Assembly (NCBI RefSeq): GCF_001194135.2
Contig: NC_069001.1
Span: 35,494,167-35,558,166, forward strand
Length of the DNA stretch: 64,000 nt
Origin: Octopus bimaculoides
Taxonomy: Eukaryota
Reading direction: 5' to 3'
Shown here: positions 1 to 12,436 of the stretch, piece by piece
How the letters are laid out: the number at the start of each line of letters is the position of its first letter
How positions within the stretch are numbered: position 1 is the first letter of the stretch
The notes under the pieces: model-generated
Told to the model about the DNA's origin: nothing
What the model saw: the letters and a program-made list of their open reading frames with translations, nothing else
Database searches by the model: none
Position numbers and translations under genes: made by a program

Positions 1-18
1 ATGTATGAAAGCATGCAC
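1..18 (+). CDS. Possible 3' end of an exon (ATGTATGAAAGCATGCAC; MYESMH in frame 1)
   Basis: Followed by a perfect donor GTAAGT at 19-24. Too short to test coding potential. Confidence 0.25.
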
Positions 19-929
19 GTAAGTAATTAAGTCTCTTGTCACTTTGATTAATAGGGTTTAGCTAGACATAGCTACACAGCGCTCATAGCCCATATGGCTT
101 CCTGTGTGCAGGATGAAAGCTGAAGACTTCCAGAAGCCCCGGCTACCTGTCCCTGTCACCACTTTTTCCGTCGCTACTGGACTTAAGGAGAAAGTGCAAT
201 GACATCGGAGCTGGTCTCTTGGTTTGCAGAACAACCTGTTGTGAGCCAGTCCTCCTCCTCCTCTCTCTCTCTCTTTCTCTCTCTCTCTCCGTCTCTCTCT
301 CTCTCTCTCTGATTGTAAAGAGATGACTATCATTATCCCTCTCCCTCTCTCTCTCTCTGATTGTAAAGAGACGATTATTATTATCATTATTATTATTATT
401 ACTATTCTTGTACTTTAAACTTGTTCTTGTGTTCCACAATCTTCGTAGTTACCAGGATGCAGGATTTGTATGAAGCAAGACAAGTCAAAGAGCTGAAGGA
501 GACAAAGGGCTTATATGCCTTGGGTCTGATAGGGTGTCTGCGAGTGACTTCCTTATGGAGACAAGTCTGTCGCATGTTAATTTGCTAATTAACCCACAGA
601 TGGAACCTTGGCTGGTGCTACTATTCCATGTCATAATAGACCTGGGAACAATAATGGCTAAGTTGTGGACCCACATTCCTCAAAAACTCCTGAACCAGTG
701 CCCCCACAACTAGATGCAGTTTAAAGTCATAGCCATACATACTTTGTTTGTGCATTAACAAGGTAACCAATGGTTTCATGTGAAAAGAACTTCCCAATTG
801 TTTAAGCATGCCACATATCTATACACACACACACACACACACACATGCTTGTCATCAACCGTTACTTGTTTTTAGGAAAGACCAGCAAAAGTCACAGTTT
901 GTAGCTCCATGCATGGTGACATGCTTCTG

Positions 930-961
<32 letters not shown>

Positions 962-1647
962 AATATGTAGAGGGTTTCATACAGTTTCTGTCTATCCAGT
1001 TGTCATCTCACAAGCTGTTACTTGATGGAAGTGATCCAGAAACCACACAACCACATTTATTTGTTTAGTGTGTGTATGTGTGTGTGTGTGTGCCCAGATA
1101 CACCACTACATACAGGCACCTAACAACACACACACACATGCACAACGAATGCACAGTCATGCATGCAGCATGGTACTACAATGTAATACCAAACTCTTTA
1201 CAGCTGCCATGTTTGTCGCAGACAAATTCTACAACCGTTGCCTTTTCTTGGGATAATTTCATAAAATTGGAGGAACACTGCATGTGTGTGGGGAGTGAGG
1301 GTTGAGGGGGAGGATGTGATTGTCCTTTCTTTTTTGTTTCTTTCGGAATTATTCCAAAAACTTGCAATTGTTGGTGGATTGCTTCTATTCCTGCGACTTG
1401 TTCTACTATATAGAGTGATGACAAGTCACTTCAAAGAATTCTTTTCGGAGGAAGGAAATACAAGGATAAAAAAAAAACAAAAATAAAAAAAAAATGGTAC
1501 AGAAACGAAAACAGTTGTGGCAGCAGGGGTGGGGGTGGGTAAGAAAAGATTAAATAAATATATAAATAAAATGAGAATACTAAACAAAAATGTATTCTTC
1601 AAGAGAATTATGATTTCTGATCATATTTATTCATTTATTGTAGCGCT

Positions 1648-2403
1648 TTATGTAACAGTATTTTGGTAATGAGGTTGGAGGGGAGTCAGGTGGTGGTGGT
1701 GGTGGTGAGAATGGTGATTGTGTTGGTGGTAGTGTTGGTAATGAAGGGGTGGTGGTGGTGGTTGTTGTTTCAGGGTGGTCATTGAAGCTAATGGTGGTTT
1801 TGTGGTGGCAGCGGTGGTGGTGTTGCTGGTTGTGGTGGTGGTAGCAGTGTTGCTGGTAACAGAGGCGACAACAGTGTAGGTTGTAGCTGTGGTGGTGGTG
1901 GTGATGGTGGTTGAGGCGATGGTGGTGGTTGTGATAGCTGTGGTAGTAGGTCTGACACTAACAGTCCTGGCTACAGTAGAGGTTGTAGTTGTGGTGGTAG
2001 CAGTGTTGCTAGTAACAGTGGTGACAACAGTGTAGGTTGTAACTGTGGTGATGGTCATGAAGCTAATTGTAATTTGGTTGTTGTTGTTGTTGTGGTGGTG
2101 GTGGTGGTACTGGTAGCAATGGTTGTGGATGCTGTAGTTGATGATGGTGGTTGTGGTGATGGTGGTGGTTGTGATAGCTGTGGTAGTAGGTCTGACACTA
2201 ACTGTCATGGCTACAGTAGAGGTAGTAGTAGTAGTAGTTGTGGTGGTGGTGGTGGTGGTGGTGGTTGTGTTAATACTTTTGATGGTAACAACAATGACTA
2301 CAGTATAGGTACCAGCAGTTGAGGTGGTAATTGTGGCAATAGTGGTAATGGTGGTAGCATTAGGTGGTGATTGCAGAAAACACTGATTGCTGGTTGTTGC
2401 AGT
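1648..2403 (-). repeat. Compound (GGT/GTA/GTT)-rich tandem repeat with a Thr-rich, mucin-like open frame on the minus strand
   Basis: Non-trivial motifs recur (GATAGCTGTGGTAGTAGGTCTGACACTAAC twice; GACAACAGTGTAGGTTGTA twice). The minus frame reads TYTVV..T..S.TATTTTTSTVA.TVSVRPTTTAITTTTI in 2-3 units. Confidence 0.6.
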
Positions 2404-2802
2404 TTAGCTTCCCTTTCTTTTCTTTCTTTTTCTTTTTCTCTTTTCTTCTTGATCTTATTAAGGTGGTCCTTGTTGTTGTTGTTGTAGTTGTCATCAGTTT
2501 GTCATTCTTTTTCTTTTTCTTTTCTTTTTCTGTTGTCGTCTTCAAATCTGTCTTTTTCTTGCTGTTTTCTTGCTCTTGGTGGAGAAGTTCAGCTTGGGTT
2601 ATCATGGTTTGCGTTCTTTCTAATTTCCTTACTATTTTTTTTTTGTCCCCTTTTTTTTTTATTTGAGTTTTCATTGTTGATGTTTTTCGTGTACATTATT
2701 AGTTGTTATTGCTGTTGTTGTTGTTGTCATTGTTGTTCTCCTTCTTCCAACAGATCTGGTGTCTTACCAGTTTTTCTTATTTTATTAACAAAAGATATAG
2801 AA

Positions 2803-3211
2803 NNNNNNNNNNNNNNNNNNNNNNNNNNNNNNNNNNNNNNNNNNNNNNNNNNNNNNNNNNNNNNNNNNNNNNNNNNNNNNNNNNNNNNNNNNNNNNNNNN
2901 NNNNNNNNNNNNNNNNNNNNNNNNNNNNNNNNNNNNNNNNNNNNNNNNNNNNNNNNNNNNNNNNNNNNNNNNNNNNNNNNNNNNNNNNNNNNNNNNNNNN
3001 NNNNNNNNNNNNNNNNNNNNNNNNNNNNNNNNNNNNNNNNNNNNNNNNNNNNNNNNNNNNNNNNNNNNNNNNNNNNNNNNNNNNNNNNNNNNNNNNNNNN
3101 NNNNNNNNNNNNNNNNNNNNNNNNNNNNNNNNNNNNNNNNNNNNNNNNNNNNNNNNNNNNNNNNNNNNNNNNNNNNNNNNNNNNNNNNNNNNNNNNNNNN
3201 NNNNNNNNNNN
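2803..3211. other. Assembly gap (N-run)
   Basis: Run of N flanked on the right by (TA)n. Confidence 0.99.
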
Positions 3212-3213
3212 NC

Positions 3214-3255
<42 letters not shown>

Positions 3256-3330
3256 GTGCATATCCATATATATCTAGATATGCAGTCATGTGTATTTACA
3301 CACACAAAATACACATATATAAATACATAC

Positions 3331-3364
<34 letters not shown>

Positions 3365-3500
3365 GCATATACATGTTTATTTACACATTCACACACATAA
3401 GAGAGGAAGAGAGAGAGAGAGAGAGAGAGAAGCGGACATGAAATTACAATGCAAAGACCTAAGTCACCATGTTGTGATTGTAAAGAGATGACTATTATTA

Positions 3501-3543
<43 letters not shown>

Positions 3544-4070
3544 TGTTCTTCTTCTTCTTATTATTATCATTATCATCACCATCATCATCATCATCATCCT
3601 CCTCCTCATTATTATTATTATTATTGTTCTTCTTCTTCTTCTTCTTCTTATTATTATTATTATTATTACTGTCGTTATTTTTATTAGTATTATTATTATT
3701 ATTATTATAATTATTATTATTATTGCATCACTTGTATCAGTATATCATGTTCCCCCCCACCACACGCACACACTTTTCGTCTCCTCCCTCCCCCCACCAC
3801 TCTATTCTCCTGTTTTGTGTGGGTGGGGGAGTGTGGCAGTAACAAGATGTGGTTGGGTGTGAGCCATCCTGTTACACAATGGATTATTACAGCTTTGGAT
3901 GGGGAACAAAGTCTTTGATATTTATAAAGTTGTTTGTTAGAGAGGAAATGAAGCAGGAGATGACAAGAAAAAGGCACCTATATCATATGTGAGCGTGTGT
4001 GTGGGTGTATGCGTGTGCATGCACGTCTCTGTTGAAGTGTGTGTGCGTGTGCGTGTTTTATATATGTGTG

Positions 4071-4101
<31 letters not shown>

Positions 4102-4105
4102 TTAA

Positions 4106-4161
<56 letters not shown>

Positions 4162-4977
4162 ACATGTATCTCTATAAACACGAATATGCAGGCATATGTA
4201 TGGTGCCTTGCAAAGATAAATAGACAGACAGGCAGACAGATAGACAAACAGACAGATAGATAGATAGATAGATAGATACATACATACATACATACATACA
4301 TACATACATGAATAGATAGGTAGACAGACAGACAGACAGACAGATAGATGGATGGATGGATAGACAGACTAGATATAAAGCTTAAATATTTGTCCATATT
4401 TCATCTAATACACAGGTGTGTGTGTGTGTGTGTGATGAGAAATATGGACAAATAGTTAAGAGGTTTGCTTCACAACATTGAGGTCTCAGGTTGTGTCCCA
4501 CAGCACAGCATTTTGGCCAGTTGTCATTTCTCTTGCCTTGAGTTGACTCATAACTCGTGAGCGGAACTGGGGAAGATGAAAACTGTGTAGAAGCCCATTA
4601 TGCTATGCACTGTTGCACCTTGTTATGCATTGGGTGGTGTTAAGGGTACATATGCTTGTGGAATGCTCAACTCATTTAATTGGCTCACACACAACTGAGC
4701 CCATGGTGCGGTTGATCCAGCAATTGAGCCTTTGTTGCTGAAACCAAAGGAAAACCAACACTTTTCCATATACATCAACAGTGACCTTGTCATTGGGAAT
4801 GCCTTTCCCTGTGTATTCCAAAAATGTAATTCATTTTTCACGAATAAATTACACTTAACATTCGAGGTTCTGATGCAGTTGTAGGATGTTATCCAGACAC
4901 TCAACTAAGAGACCACTGCATCTGATAGCAGAAACAACTGTAAGCCAATGAAGTCCATAGCATAACCTTTGTTTTTC

Positions 4978-5130
4978 CTGTGTGGTAAGAAGCTTGATTC
5001 CCAACCACTTGGTTCCAGGCTCAGTCCCTCTGCATGGCACCTTGGGCAAGTGTCTTCCACTATGACCTCAAGCCGACTAAAGCCTTGTGAGTGGATTTGG
5101 TAGATGGAAACTGAAAAGAAGCCTGTTGGG
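4978..5130 (+). mobile_element. tRNA-derived SINE, family A (head CTGTGTGGTAAGAAGCTTG..TCCCAACCAC..GGTTC..GG.TCAGTCCC)
   Basis: A-box/B-box-like head, body GGCACCTTGGGCAAGTGTCTTC..AAAGCCTTGTGAGTGGATTTGGTAGA.GGAAACTGAAAGAAGCC, then an internal (TA)/(TG) microsatellite. Many copies in the window. Confidence 0.85.
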
Positions 5131-5299
5131 TATATATATATANNNNNNNNNNNNNNNNNNNNNNNNNNNNNNNNNNNNNNNNNNNNNNNNNNNNNNNNNN
5201 NNNNNNNNNNNNNNNNNNNNNNNCACACACACACGTGTGTGTGTGTGTGTGTCTTTTCGTCAGTGTTTGTCTCCCCATCACTGCTTGACAACTGGTGTT

Positions 5300-5425
5300 G
5301 GCATCCAACCGCAGAAACCAAGCGAAAACAGACTGGAGCCTGATGCAGCTCCCCAGCCTGCCAGTTCCTGTCAAACCATCCAATCCATGCCAGCATCATC
5401 ATCATCATCATCATCGTCATCATCA
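5300..5425 (-). mobile_element. Retroposon 3' module D (..CCAACCCATGCCAGCATGG..(GAT)n tail)
   Basis: Matches the copies at 12588, 15200, 29230, 29600 and 41890. Confidence 0.65.
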
Positions 5426-5992
5426 TCTAAGTGGTACCTTTTACTACAGCTTCAAGCCGCCCAAAACTTTGTGAGTGAATTTGGTAGAGGGGAAACTAAA
5501 ATAAGCCCATCACACGTGTGAATGTATGTGTGTGTGTGTGTGTGTGTGTGTATAAGTTGGATGATGTCNNNNNNNNNNTCATCATCTGAATAAACACTTA
5601 TTTCCACACTTGTAATTGAGCATTTAACCTTAAAATGAGGTTCTACTTTTTTGAAGGGGTACAGTACACACACACACACACACACACACATATGTATTAT
5701 AATAATAGTGATATTGGTATTAAATTAAAATAAGGAATGGTACAATAAAGAACAGAAGAACATTCTGTGGTAGGGGCAAAAAAAAAACAAAATAAAGATG
5801 AAAAAAATTATAAAGAAGAAGATGATGATGATGATGATGATGTTGATGTTGGTAATAAGGGTGGTGAAAGATTGGAATATTAAATATATACAAAACACTG
5901 CAAAAAATTATAATCAAATAATAATAATAATAATAACGATGATGATGACAACAACGAGAACGATAAGGATTGTGGTGATGGTGATGATAGCA

Positions 5993-6031
<39 letters not shown>

Positions 6032-6510
6032 CAGTAACAAAAGACAAAAGAACTAAACGATGTTCAGCTAATTGACAACAAAGTAAGAAATTTAAACCCC
6101 TGCTTTTGGTAAAAAAAAATGAAATTGTGTTGGGAACGTAGAATGTCGAATCAAAGAGGATTTTTCTAAAGGCTCTAATTTAAAACACCTTATTATGTAC
6201 TTTGGTGGGGTGATTGGGACTGATTTGAAACTTTGAAGGAAGGTTTCCACCTTCACCACCGCACCACCACCACCACCAACGCCACCACCACTCTTTTGTT
6301 TTGTTTCATTTGTAATTTATCTGTTTGTGTGTATTTCTTTATTGTATTTTTTTTTCTATTTTAAAACATGAGTCAGTGAGATGAAATATTGAACATGGAA
6401 ACTAGCTAAAAAGTGAATATCTGTTGTCTATTAGTTGCTTGTTCTTGGTGAGTGAAGTGGTAGGTATGGGTGGGCGAAGGGCACTGTACTTTACAAGTTA
6501 TTTTAAATAT

Positions 6511-6680
6511 ATAGGCACAGGAGTGACTATGTGGTAAGAAGCTTGCTTCTCAACCACAACGTGGTTCCAAGTTCAGTCCCACTGCATGGTAATTTGGGCG
6601 AGTGTCTTCTACTAGAATCTCAGGCTGACCAAAGCCTTGTGAGTGGATTTGGTAGACAGAAACTGAAAGAAACCCATCGT
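6511..6680 (+). mobile_element. SINE family A copy
   Basis: Aligns by eye with 4978-5130 and 62740-62890. Confidence 0.85.
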
Positions 6681-6681
6681 A

Positions 6682-6734
<53 letters not shown>

Positions 6735-7052
6735 TATATATATTATATGCGCACATGCATACATATACATACATACACACATATACATATACATACATAT
6801 ATATAAATACGCACATATATATCTCCCTTATACCAAATAATCCCTGATTACCTTCCCCTGTCTGGAATTCCATATTTCACAACATAGCAAAGAGATGACA
6901 CAATACAGGTAAAGAAATTTGAGAAATTTGAAAAGAAGATACGAAACCGACTCACTAGACTCTGCAGAGCAGTTGGTGTTAGGAAGGGCATCCAACTGTA
7001 GACACCATTCCAAAGACAGCACTGAAGCTCAATGCAGCCTTGTAGCTCACTA

Positions 7053-7185
7053 GTTCCCTGATCACCATGCTCTTAGACTCTTTGGGCTTAAACTTCATGC
7101 CAGCCCATGTTGCCATGTCTTCAAGTGAAGTCAGCACCCTTTCTGCCTCCATATGGTGATATCATCCATGAAGCCCCTTACTGGG
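7053..7185 (-). pseudogene. Non-LTR retrotransposon reverse transcriptase fragment (RLE-type, NeSL/HERO/R2-like)
   Basis: Minus strand reads PVRGFMDDITI, then a frameshift, then EAERVLTSLEDMATWAGMKFKPKESKSMVIR: the catalytic xxDD motif followed by the W..MKFKP.KS motif typical of these RTs. Confidence 0.7.
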
Positions 7186-7251
7186 TGTTAATATATATTA
7201 TATACATATATGGTGCCACAGCCTTAAGGCAGAAACATATAGAAGAATAAA

Positions 7252-7284
<33 letters not shown>

Positions 7285-7288
<4 letters not shown>

Positions 7289-7572
7289 CACTCCATCGGT
7301 TATGACGATAATTGTTCCAGTTGATGCAAGTGGCTGAGTACTCCACAGACATGTGTACCCTTAACGTAGTTCTCAGGGAGATTCGGCATGATACAGAAAG
7401 TGACAAGACTGGCTTCTTTGAAATACAGATACAACCCATTTTTTTTTTTCCAGTTGAGTTTACTGAAGGATTGTGAAATAAAGTGTCTTGCTCAAGGATA
7501 CAATGCACCACTGGGAATCGAACTCAACACCTCACAATCATGAGCTAAATATGCTAACCACTAAGCCATGCA
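7285..7572 (-). mobile_element. tRNA(Arg)-like-headed SINE, family B
   Basis: Body GTGTCTTGCTCAAGG..ACATGTGTACCCTTAACGTAGTTCTC..GCAAGTGGCTGAGTACTCCACAGAC shared with the 12895, 23330, 24892, 39362, 43660 and 59676 copies. Confidence 0.85.
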
Positions 7573-7589
7573 TTTTTACATTATACATG

Positions 7590-7830
7590 TATATATATGG
7601 TTCAAAATTGTCCAAAAAAACAAAAGACAGAGGCAGGTAAGGGAGCAACAAACAAGTGAGATCAGTTTGACGCTCAGGGGAAAAGGAAAAAGTTTTTGAT
7701 GTTTCAAACCTATGCTCTTCTACAAAAAGGAATGAGGAGAGAAAAAAACAGATGGGGAGAAGAAAAAATGGAGAGAAATAAAACGTGTCTATTCTATCCA
7801 ATGTATTGAGTTCAGTACTGGATAATGCTT
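7590..7830 (-). mobile_element. Penelope-like (PLE) repeat fragment with a decayed hammerhead motif
   Basis: Similar to 15365-15547 and 59030-59235; carries the GA(C/T)GTTTC..GCTCTTC motif. Confidence 0.55.
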
Positions 7831-8700
7831 CCACTATGTAAAATATATTATTGATATAGTCTACGTCTGTTAACTTATCCTATATATGTGTGTGTATATG
7901 TATGTATGTTTATATCACTTATCTTTACAACACAGAATATTATATAAGTAAATATTATAACACTCAGAATTGGTAACTGTTGCTTTCAATGAAAAAGAAA
8001 AATATTTTTTCTTTTACAAAAAAACGTTCACGTGCATAGAATTTCAATAATTATTGACATTTCCTTACTATAGTTCAAATTATCAGCTTAAAATCTCAAA
8101 ATTTTCTTCACGGAATAATTTTGGTTTTGCACTATGTGTTTGTGTTTGTGTGTGTGTGTGAGATTAACACAACAAAAGAATTTTTTGTTCTGTTTTTCTG
8201 CTTCTTTCTTGTCCTGTTTTTGGTTTTTCACCTCTTTTAGTTTTTCCGCAAGGAAAGAATATTCCGCGCTAGTAACAGACAAGAATAGAATACCAAATTC
8301 AAAATTTTATGACGCAAGCCTTTATTAATCAATAATGGCTCCTTGTCTTGGAGCAACACCAGCAAATGAAGGCTTTTAGAAAATCTCTTGTAAATGTTTG
8401 GAAAATGAGAACAAGAACTCTTTTCTTTTTTTTTTAGTTTGAATTTTGCTTTGTTGTTGCTTTTTGTTATATTTTGTTTTTTATAATTTTGTCTTTTTAT
8501 TTTTTGTTTTTTTTTTTTGTTTTTTGTTCTTGCTCATGTGCTCTTCCTTCTTCTCTCGCAAATTTACGTTTTGTCTTTGTTTTATGGTGGGGGTGGGGTT
8601 AATTATATTTAATTTGATTTAATTTTATTTAAACAAAAAAATTGACAGAAGCAGAACTGTATGAAATTTATCTTTCGACGGGAATTATGTGCTTATGCAC

Positions 8701-8744
<44 letters not shown>

Positions 8745-8750
8745 GCAGAC

Positions 8751-8783
<33 letters not shown>

Positions 8784-8932
8784 TAGATAGATAATATATG
8801 TTCATGTGTGTGTGTATGGGTGTGTGCGTGAGTAAACAGAGCTCAGCAATTATGTTGCCAAGAAAAAGAAAGAAATAAACAAGAGAACATCATGTATATG
8901 TGTGTGTGTGTGTGTGTGTATGTATCTGTGGT

Positions 8933-8967
<35 letters not shown>

Positions 8968-8976
8968 ATCTGTGGT

Positions 8977-9007
<31 letters not shown>

Positions 9008-9620
9008 TTGTATGTGTCCCTCACCCACCCCACAGCCTTCGTTTCACAAAAGAGCCCCCCAAAAAATAATGTCATTACACATTTGAAAATGTCTCGACAT
9101 TCAAATCTTGAAATCAACTTTAATCATTGCTTATTTTCTTAAAATTCCAAAGCTTATATTACATGTAATTCCAACGATTTTTACTCAACCAAACCGTTAG
9201 ACAATGCACCGTTTTCCAAGAGAACTGGGCCATTCTTACAGGTTCTTTACCACCCAACAACACTATTATTATTTTTATTATTATCATTTGTATTTTTCAC
9301 TATTATTTTCATGTATCCCATTGTAGCAAAGGTTTAACTTATCACTAAATTATGCTGTCTATCAAACCCCGCTCCTTGTCTCCCATTTGCTGTTTTCCTA
9401 TTGTCATGTTTTGGGGAGGCTTTTTTTTATTTTCGTTTATCTCTCAAAAAAGTGCTATTATTGCAAAATACAGTGTGTTTCATAATAATGGAACATATTT
9501 AAGTACAAGTACTTCGCCTTGAAACAAGTACATCTAAGAAAAAGATTGCATAAATGGAGATGCAGTTTTTTGTCAATGAATAGGTCGCAACTTGGAGTGA
9601 CAAAAATGTTGATGCCATAT

Positions 9621-9770
9621 AAGTGCAGGCATGGCTGTGTGGTTAGTAGCTTGCTTCCCAACCACATGGTCCTGGGTTCAGTTCAACTGTGTAGCACGTT
9701 GGACAAGTGTCTTCTACTATGATGTCAGGGTGACCAAAGTCCTGTGAATGGATTTGGTAGATGGAAACTA
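9621..9770 (+). mobile_element. SINE family A copy
   Basis: GGCATGGCTGTGTGGTTAGTAGCTTGCTTCCCAACCACATGG head. Confidence 0.85.
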
Positions 9771-10310
9771 CCATCTGGATTTTGGTAGATGTGTTTGTAT
9801 GTATATGCTTATATGTGTGTGTTTATTGCATGTAGGTATACTCTTCTGCATCAGTAATGCAATCGTATTTAAATCCCTCCTCATCACATTTCAGTGACTA
9901 AGTTTGCACACACACACACACACCTACACACACACACCTACACACACACACACCTACACATGCACACGCACATACATGCATCTGCTTTGAGTAATTCTTG
10001 TCATCCCCTGATATCAGTCGTGGCTATTCTCGCTTTACTCCTCTCTCACTCTCTTTTCCTCTTTCTCTTTTTCTCTCTTTCTCTCTTTCTCTTTCCTTCT
10101 CTCTATCTCTTTCTTTCTTTCTCTCTCCATTGCTTGCTCTCAGTCTCTCTCCCTCTCCCTCTCTCATTCTCCCTGTCAAAAACTGAAGCAGTGAATAATA
10201 AGAAGAAGAAAACGAAGAAGAAGAAAACGAAGAAGAAGAAGAAGAAAACGAAGAAGAAAAAACGAAGAAGAAAACGAAGAAAAAAACGAAGAAGAAGAAG
10301 AAGAAAAAAA

Positions 10311-10342
<32 letters not shown>

Positions 10343-10439
10343 ACAACAACCACCACCATCACCATCATCATCATCGTGCCAAGGAATTCTATTGTTTTCT
10401 GTTTTTGACATTTTCTTAATGCAATTCTTGCAACTCAAG

Positions 10440-10561
10440 GATTTATTATATTCTGTCCTGAAGGAGAGATTGAGAAAGTCAGGAGTTTCTTGAAACGATT
10501 CAAGCGGAATCTTCGTGAACAGCAAATTGAATTGATGACAGGGCTTTCGGATGGCCGACTG
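10440..10561 (+). CDS. Candidate internal exon of an unidentified gene: (G)FIIFCPEGEIEKVRSFLKRFKRNLREQQIELMTGLSDGRL
   Basis: Pyrimidine-rich region ending CAAG|G; CTG|GTATGG donor; unique non-repetitive sequence with a protein-like, amphipathic translation; phase 1 to phase 0. Confidence 0.5.
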
Positions 10562-10566
10562 GTATG

Positions 10567-10835
10567 GTAGAAATAGCAGCCAAATCCCTTTATATGATGC
10601 CTCAGCTTTCTTGAAAAGAATGGAAGGTACTATTGGGTGGTACCTTGTAGGAGACGAATCTGATTGGTTAATCAGTCTTTTAGAAATAGCAGCCGAAACA
10701 CCCTTAGATCGTATCTCAACTGTCTATCATAGGTGGGAAAATATCAATGGATGGTACCACGAAACTATGAGAAAATCTTTTCCTTGTTATTCACTGTATT
10801 AGAAATAGCAGCTAAAACTCCCTCAAATCATGCGT
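10567..10835 (+). repeat. Three diverged tandem units of the TAGAAATAGCAGC repeat family
   Basis: TAGAAATAGCAGC at 10568, 10681 and 10800; reverse-strand copies elsewhere (about 30005, 30610, 37090). Confidence 0.65.
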
Positions 10836-10839
10836 CTTT

Positions 10840-10880
10840 GATGATGACAATGATGATGATAACGATGATGACAATGATGA

Positions 10881-10911
<31 letters not shown>

Positions 10912-11142
10912 GATGATGATGATGATGACAATGATGATGACAATGATGATGACGATGATGACGATGATGATGATGATGATGATGATGACAATGATGATGA
11001 TGATGATGATGATGACGACAATGATGATAACGATGATGACAATGATGATGACGATGATGACGATGATGATGATGATGACGATGATGATGATGATGACGAT
11101 GATGATGATGACGATGATGATGATGACGATGATGATGATGAC

Positions 11143-11173
<31 letters not shown>

Positions 11174-11250
11174 GTGGTGGTGGCGATGATGATGATGGTG
11201 GTGGTGGCGATGATGATGATGATGGTGATGATGATGATGATGATGATGAT
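10840..11250. repeat. Long imperfect (GAT)n microsatellite
   Basis: About 410 bp of GAT/GAC/AAT triplets; source of the poly-M and poly-S ORFs. Confidence 0.97.
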
Positions 11251-11714
11251 GTTGACTGTGTGTCAGAAACGTAATAGTTATGAATTAGTGCCATTGTCTT
11301 ACTAGCAGTTTCTTCTGTTTCCAGTCTTCAGGGTAAACATGTTCAGCCATGGGGAAATATTACCTTCCTTGGAAACAAGTGGGGGATGACGATTGGAATG
11401 GCATCTGGGCTACAGAGAATATGCTTCAATGAATTCTGTCAAATTCATGCAAGCATAGAAAAGTGGAGATTAAAACAATGATGATGATGCGATATGAATG
11501 GATGAACGAATGAATAAATGAATGAATGAACGAACAAATGAATGAAAGAATGAGCGATGATAGTCTCTTGTAGTCTGAGAAGAATGGTTCTGCAGTTTTT
11601 TGTTGAACATCCTGCAACAGATGATTTGCTATGCTTTAACTCACTCCCCTCCATCAAATAAACATTACCTGAACATGGCCACGGTGTACCACATGTGAGG
11701 TGTCGCACTGATCA

Positions 11715-11830
11715 CAGAACAGCACGAGAGGGAGAGTTTTGCTCAAAGACACAACATACCACCCAGTCTGGAAATTGAACTCACAACCTCATGGTCCTGA
11801 ATCCTGCTCTCTAACCACTCGGCTATGCGC
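11715..11830 (-). mobile_element. SINE family B head fragment
   Basis: TTGCTCAAAGACACAAC..AATTGAACTCACAACC..CTAACCACTCGGCTATGCGCC. Confidence 0.7.
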
Positions 11831-12436
11831 CACCATGGTAATGAAATATAATCAGAGAAAAAGTGCTGTTTTAAAAAGATCTCATCTGGTTGAGAAATTA
11901 ATTTTTTCAAATCATTAATGTCCATTTTTCTCTTAGTTTTTCTAGGTGTTTTTTTTTGGTGGGGGGGGGTTTCTATCTTTTCTGTAATTCCATTCAGTCG
12001 AGAGGGTTTTACAGTTTCAAATTGATTAATCGTTTTTTATTATGAATATGTCAAATTTTTTTTAACACAAGAGTTTTGTTTATTTTTCACCATTTCTCTT
12101 TAATTCTATATCTTTTTTTAAATTTCTACCAAATGAAATAAATACTTGCCATTAAAATTCTTTATGTCGCAGACTATAGTCTTCCATTTAGTTTCCCCAC
12201 CAAAATAAAAAAAAAAAACCTTCCATTTCTGCATAGCAATCAAATCTTCCGGCGGATGGTAAAAAAAAAATGCAAAACTACTTTTAATTCATCTTGCATA
12301 AATTATCCAGCATTCCATTAAGTAGAAAGGTGGAAGACATCTATTTTTATGGATTTCTTTATTTATTTAATCATTTATTTATTTATTCATTTATTTATGC
12401 TGCATTTTAGTTTTTATTTAATGAGTTTTATTCACG

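Noticed and set aside
55-790. GC-richer segments with 60-109 aa ORFs
   Set aside because: All frames are interrupted by stops or depend on microsatellites; no RT, transposase or host-protein motif was recognised.
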